A stretch of DNA of 63,148 bases, the filler included, from Collodictyon triciliatum (taxonomy: Eukaryota): the NCBI GenBank assembly GCA_043381765.1. It is 7 parts of 7 records of this genome, joined end to end, with 100 filler letters (N's around TTAATTAATTAA, not from the genome) between each part and the next. Parts side by side here need not be neighbours in the genome. Positions count along the whole stretch, not along the records: positions 55,940 to 61,462 come from JBHJMP010002534.1; positions 61,563 to 63,148 come from JBHJMP010002609.1; 5 more parts are not named here. One strand, given 5' to 3'. Each line of letters begins with the position of its first letter. Within the stretch, counting starts at the first letter, position 1. The position numbers were made by a program, and so were the translations under genes. Positions 59,528 to 63,148 of the stretch are shown piece after piece. Below the pieces are notes generated by a model. The model was given only the letters and a program-made list of their open reading frames with translations, made no database searches and was not told the origin of the DNA.

Positions 59528-59665
59528 AAAAACCAAAAACCAAAAACCAAAAACCAAAAACCAAAAACCAAAAAACCAAAAAACCAAAAAACCAAAAAAC
59601 CAAAAAACCAAAAAACCAAAAAACCAAAAAACCAAAAAACCAAAAAACCAAAAAACCAAAAAACC
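59528..59665. repeat. (AAAAACC/AAAAAACC)n simple repeat
   Basis: Direct inspection. Confidence 0.9.
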
Positions 59666-59800
59666 ACGAACACAAGGTGGGGTTGATTGTCTCAGCTCTG
59701 CTTGATTGTTCACAACGTCGAGTTTAATATTTACATTTATATATTAGCGACTAAAAGCTAGACCCAACGAAAGAAAGGAGGAGACGAGTTTGAAAATACG

Positions 59801-61300
59801 ATGGCACAGAAAGAATCGTTTACAATCGCCACCAACTCAGAAGCTTCGTTCAATGAAGCCATCAAGTTCAAAGGCTTGGCTGGTTTGTGACACTTCAGTA
59901 GTCTTTTTTTTTTTTTTGCTCCTAAATAAGTGAATTATTCACATGTATTTAGCTATCCCTGAACATTCACTTCCTTTCATCTGGTTCAATTCAAGATTTG
60001 TCAGTTCCCATAGAAAGTTTAAATTAAAATGAATACCCTTATATTACTATCCCCACGACAAAATAGAAGATTGTAGAAAATAGAAAAATTAATACAGTTA
60101 ATTAATATTAAATTCCATATTTCATGCATTTATTCCTATCCTTAATCGATCAATGAAAAAAAAATCAGTGGTTGATGTCCATGCGAATTGGTGTGGGCCA
60201 TGTAGAGCTATGAATTCAACAATAAAGAAGCTTTATTTTGAATATTCTGAAAGGCCCATAAGATTCATCACAGTAAGTGCGATGGAAGAACGATTCTGGT
60301 TCATTTACGGCGCTCGTCCATAGAAAATATATGCAAAATCAAATATTACGAGCATTTAACATCAATCGATATATCTCTTTGTGTCATTGCTTGCAAGATG
60401 TTTTGTTACCTTTTTCTACTGCATGAATATGCCGATTTATTTTGTCCTATGATAATAAGTGCGTAATAATAGGCTTTGGTTCTACGTCGATACTTATGTA
60501 TATTCTTGTTTAATGTCTCTAGGCAGATGCAGACAATATCCCCGCTTTCAACCAGTATGCCAAAAAGTCCATGCCTGTGTTCAAGTTTTACAAAGTACGA
60601 AAATAAGCAAATTCAGTTTGACCAATCTAACTATACTTTTGAGTTTCCATAATAAACAAATTATACATTTGTTTATCACCAAGAACGTCATTTAGCTTCG
60701 GTATGTTTTATTAGGACGGAGAGTTGTTTGAAACGGTGCTGGGTGCAAACGCACCAAAAATATGGTCACTGGTAGTCGATAACCTGCCTCCCCTTGAAGT
60801 AAAAGAAACTGAGCAGGTTGAGACCTTAAAATATAGCACTAAAAAGAAACAACACTGACAGGAATACCCCATCAACATATTCATGCGCGTTAAATCACAT
60901 CCACTGCTTTCTTTAATATCCAGCACAAGCTTTTTATTTACATCACTCACTGATTCGATCAGAGATAAATTTTTCTCAAATGGTTCTCAATAATAATGCG
61001 CTCATAAATAGGGACAAGCCGCTGAAGCAAAAGCAGGTAAGAAAACTGGTGAGAGACCGAACTAGTCAAACGCCAACGGAACATAACTGCTTTCTAATCA
61101 CATAATATTCTCACCTCTGCAGTCCATGTCCCTCTACTTCACTAAACACTCTTCTATTCAGTCACTATTTATTGCAAAGTTCAACACAATTTTTATGCAG
61201 CCGAAGAGAAACCAGCCAATGCCGAGCCAAAGGAATCTGCAGCACAAGAGACCGCCTCAACAGAAGCACCGAAGGAAGCCCCAGCAGCAGAAGAATCTAA
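59801..61300 (+). CDS. Thioredoxin-domain protein (NME8 / dynein light chain-like) with Ala/Glu/Pro-rich tail
   Basis: GLA|VVDVHANWCGPCRAM, RFIT|ADAD, PVFKFYK|DGELFETVLGANAP. Confidence 0.8.
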
Positions 61301-61335
61301 AGTAGACCTAGCTCTTATTTAATTACATCACCTTT

Positions 61336-61462
<127 letters not shown>

Positions 61463-61759
61463 NNNNNNNNNNNNNNNNNNNNNNNNNNNNNNNNNNNNNN
61501 NNNNNNTTAATTAATTAANNNNNNNNNNNNNNNNNNNNNNNNNNNNNNNNNNNNNNNNNNNNAAAAAAATAACACTTAAAAAATCAAAGCAAAAAAAATA
61601 AAATTTTTAAATTGTTTTTTTTTTTTTTTTTTTTTTTTACGAAACGCATACTGTAATTCTTTTAAGATATCTCTTTGGCTGTCAACACCTAAGATATCCT
61701 CGAACTAATTTTTCTACCCTTTTGATATTTTCTCGCGCATTAATTTCTTGTTTGTGCAG

Positions 61760-62408
61760 ACAAGCTCTTGGAAATTTTTGAAGAAATATGGAACAGAGCA
61801 GGACCGATGGTTTTGATTCATCCAAATTACATCAGTATTACACTTAAGTTTCCTTTCATTTTAATGGTATATTAAGCGCACATATTTATACAGAGAGAAG
61901 ATGAGGCTCCACAAAGTATGAATCAAATAACTGGATTAAATACGATGTGTATATAAAAATTGAAGCTGAAAAATCAACACGCACGTTTAATGACTGTTAA
62001 GATGTTGATGTTACTGTGTACCAGCTCCATATCGATGAGCTAGAAGCCTCCATTCAAGAATTGACCTCAAAAAAGGCAGCTGCAGAGGATGAAGTGCAGC
62101 TTACTTTTCACCTCATCATATAATCACAATATTAACACCTTAGAAATTCAACGATCTAAGTGGCGAAGATGATTCTGTAACCACTATTCTCATCCAATGT
62201 ACTGGAACGAATACTTCCTTTTTTAAAAAAAAACAAAAAAATAACCCCGACTCTAGGTTAACATTATTCGAAAACAATCAACAGAGCAGCTAAAGAGCCT
62301 ACAATTGCAAATCAACTTTTCCAAGGTTTTTATGCACTTCAAGTTACAAAATATACTTTGGCCGTTGGGATGTTTGATCTACACTTCGCACGTTTATACC
62401 ACCATATG

Positions 62409-62507
<99 letters not shown>

Positions 62508-63032
62508 TCCAAAGGAAAAGATGAAATCCATGGAAGTTGAAAAAGCTAACCTAGAGGCTGAAAGAGATGAAGCGAATGCCATCTGCACCGAATCAAAAAA
62601 ACTGAATGTAATAGCTTTGTTCTTTGGATATTCAAAAATCATCAGAACATCTTTTGTGTAATATGATTTATGATATCTATTCCATCTAAAGGAACGACTA
62701 CAGGCTGAAATGAAAAGACTCGAAGTAAACTCCAAAATTTAAATGAAACCTTCGTATTTTACAACCACTGAATCATGGTGCAAAAAGGAATTCCCATTGG
62801 CTAATTCTTGAAAAAAAAATATACAAAAATTTATCAGGATTTGTTGGGAGATTATCAAGTAAAAATGTCTGTCTCTTCAAAAACGTTGGAGGAAAAAATT
62901 CAGCAACTCGAAGGCAAGCTGGAAAATCAGAATATGAGTTCTGAAGAAACCTTGAGAAAAATGAAAGAGGAAAATGAAGCTGAGATAGAATCATTGTGCT
63001 CCAAACATTTAGAGGCTGTAGAAAATATTAAG
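61760..63032 (+). CDS. Partial multi-exon coiled-coil protein
   Basis: Short GT-AG exons with heptad-like E/K/L sequence (EKMKSMEVEKANLEAERDE; KTLEEKIQQLEGKLENQ). Confidence 0.6.
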
Positions 63033-63052
63033 GTGTGTTTTTTGTCTTAATC

Positions 63053-63148
<96 letters not shown>

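Noticed and set aside
59528-59665. Telomere-like (A5-6CC)n tract
   Set aside because: Internal, intergenic and irregular, and similar to other A-rich simple repeats such as (AAAAACAG)n near 44840-44910.

Overview
AT-rich, intron-rich eukaryotic DNA, probably from a protist. It is not one locus: seven assembly pieces are joined by artificial 100-nt N-TTAATTAATTAA-N linkers. Accessory content: (1) two paralogous or allelic receptor genes (signal peptide, LRR, Cys-rich, multi-TM) whose central LRRs are each encoded by a separate 69-nt symmetric phase-1 exon, with 7 cassettes in one copy and 15 in the other and hypervariable beta-strand residues; (2) a ~41-repeat WD40 ORF with near-identical internal repeats; (3) a degenerate Fanzor1 (TnpB-like RNA-guided nuclease) with a structured candidate omegaRNA; (4) non-LTR retrotransposon fragments. 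Housekeeping content: a lipase, a tandem MOCS1A/MOCS1B (moaA/moaC) locus with in-frame splice sites that could bypass the MOCS1A stop, a beta-propeller amidohydrolase, an MFSD2/GPH-type transporter, a WCGPC thioredoxin and a coiled-coil gene. Gene models were read by eye, so boundaries are approximate.
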